Position numbers and translations under genes: made by a program. The notes beneath the pieces were generated by a model. The model searched no databases. It was given only the letters and a program-made list of their open reading frames with translations, and was not told where the DNA came from. A stretch of 64,000 nt of DNA from Pavona decussata. Its lineage: Eukaryota. Positions 63,499 to 64,000 of this stretch are shown one piece after another (position 1 is the first letter of the stretch; each line of letters starts with the position of its first letter). The DNA is taken from contig CDRNST010000037.1 of NCBI GenBank assembly GCA_977016875.1, forward strand, positions 806,001-870,000, written 5' to 3'.

Positions 63499-64000
63499 AA
63501 CAATTAGATTATGAGCTCGAGATTGCTATCGCGTGATAGTTGATGAGGGCGAAGCTCGAATCAACTGTTACGCATAGCAATCGAGAGCGAATAATCTAAT
63601 TGTTTTAGTATAAATCTACTGGTCGTTCAAAACTTTAACAACGAGACAGGCTTACGTTTTTATTGTATACCGTAATGATATAAATTGGCTTTTTGTGTTC
63701 GCGCCTTTGCATTTCATTCAAGATTTTATAGTAAAAAAAAAAAACGTTCATTCTCTTGAAACTGAAACGAGGAGCCGAGTTCTTACAGAGTTCTTGTTAT
63801 TGTTAAATGACAACCAAAGATACACCGACGTAAAAGTGCCCTTTGGAAGTCAAGTTTTCTAAAAAATGTATCAGTGAAACGCAACTTTGAATGTTTTCAA
63901 AATTATAAAATTGCCGACTTTTGAAAGCGTACAAAACGAGGAAAAAATTCATTTACCTCTTGTTTCGACACCTTTTCTCACTGTGAAAAATCTTCATTCA
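63499..64000. mobile_element. Hairpin-ended element (Crypton-like), runs off the window
   Basis: Hairpin aacaattagattat...ctcga.attgctat.gcgt...agttgat / atcaact...acgcatagcaatcgag...ataatctaattgtt, then ttagtataa as in the 113-2552 element. Confidence 0.55.

Overview
AT-rich, intron-containing animal DNA; the repeat landscape suggests a cnidarian, probably a stony coral (inference). About half the window is nested transposable elements. Four host genes were reconstructed by hand: a 3-exon secreted single-VWA protein (26869-34347, +), an intronless NDUFAF2 (38729-39274, -), a 9-exon type-I membrane protein with Cys-rich GCC2/GCC3 repeats (42411-51617, +), and a Cys-rich, probably GPI-anchored protein (61786-62778, -). 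The main finding is an apparently intact 8.3-kb Kolobok-type DNA transposon (14011-22304; TTAA TSD, perfect 17-bp TIRs). It carries a 5-exon, 776-aa transposase whose first exon encodes an MBD-like (methyl-CpG-binding fold) domain, a convergent 4-exon 120-aa partner gene, a duplicated terminal zinc-knuckle segment, and the same 15-bp E2F-like motif upstream of both genes; a non-autonomous element with the same TIRs lies at 31355-32902. Also found: two KDZ/Zisupton-like elements with 8-bp TSDs carrying ~110-130-bp satellite arrays, two minimal hammerhead-ribozyme motifs of Penelope type (one sense-oriented just after a gene's stop codon and overlapped by a 38-bp inverted repeat), a decayed BEL/Pao LTR element fused to a Gypsy gag fragment, an interrupted L2 LINE, and many MITE/SINE/HINE/Crypton-like repeats. 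No database searches were run; family assignments rest on motifs and terminal structures.
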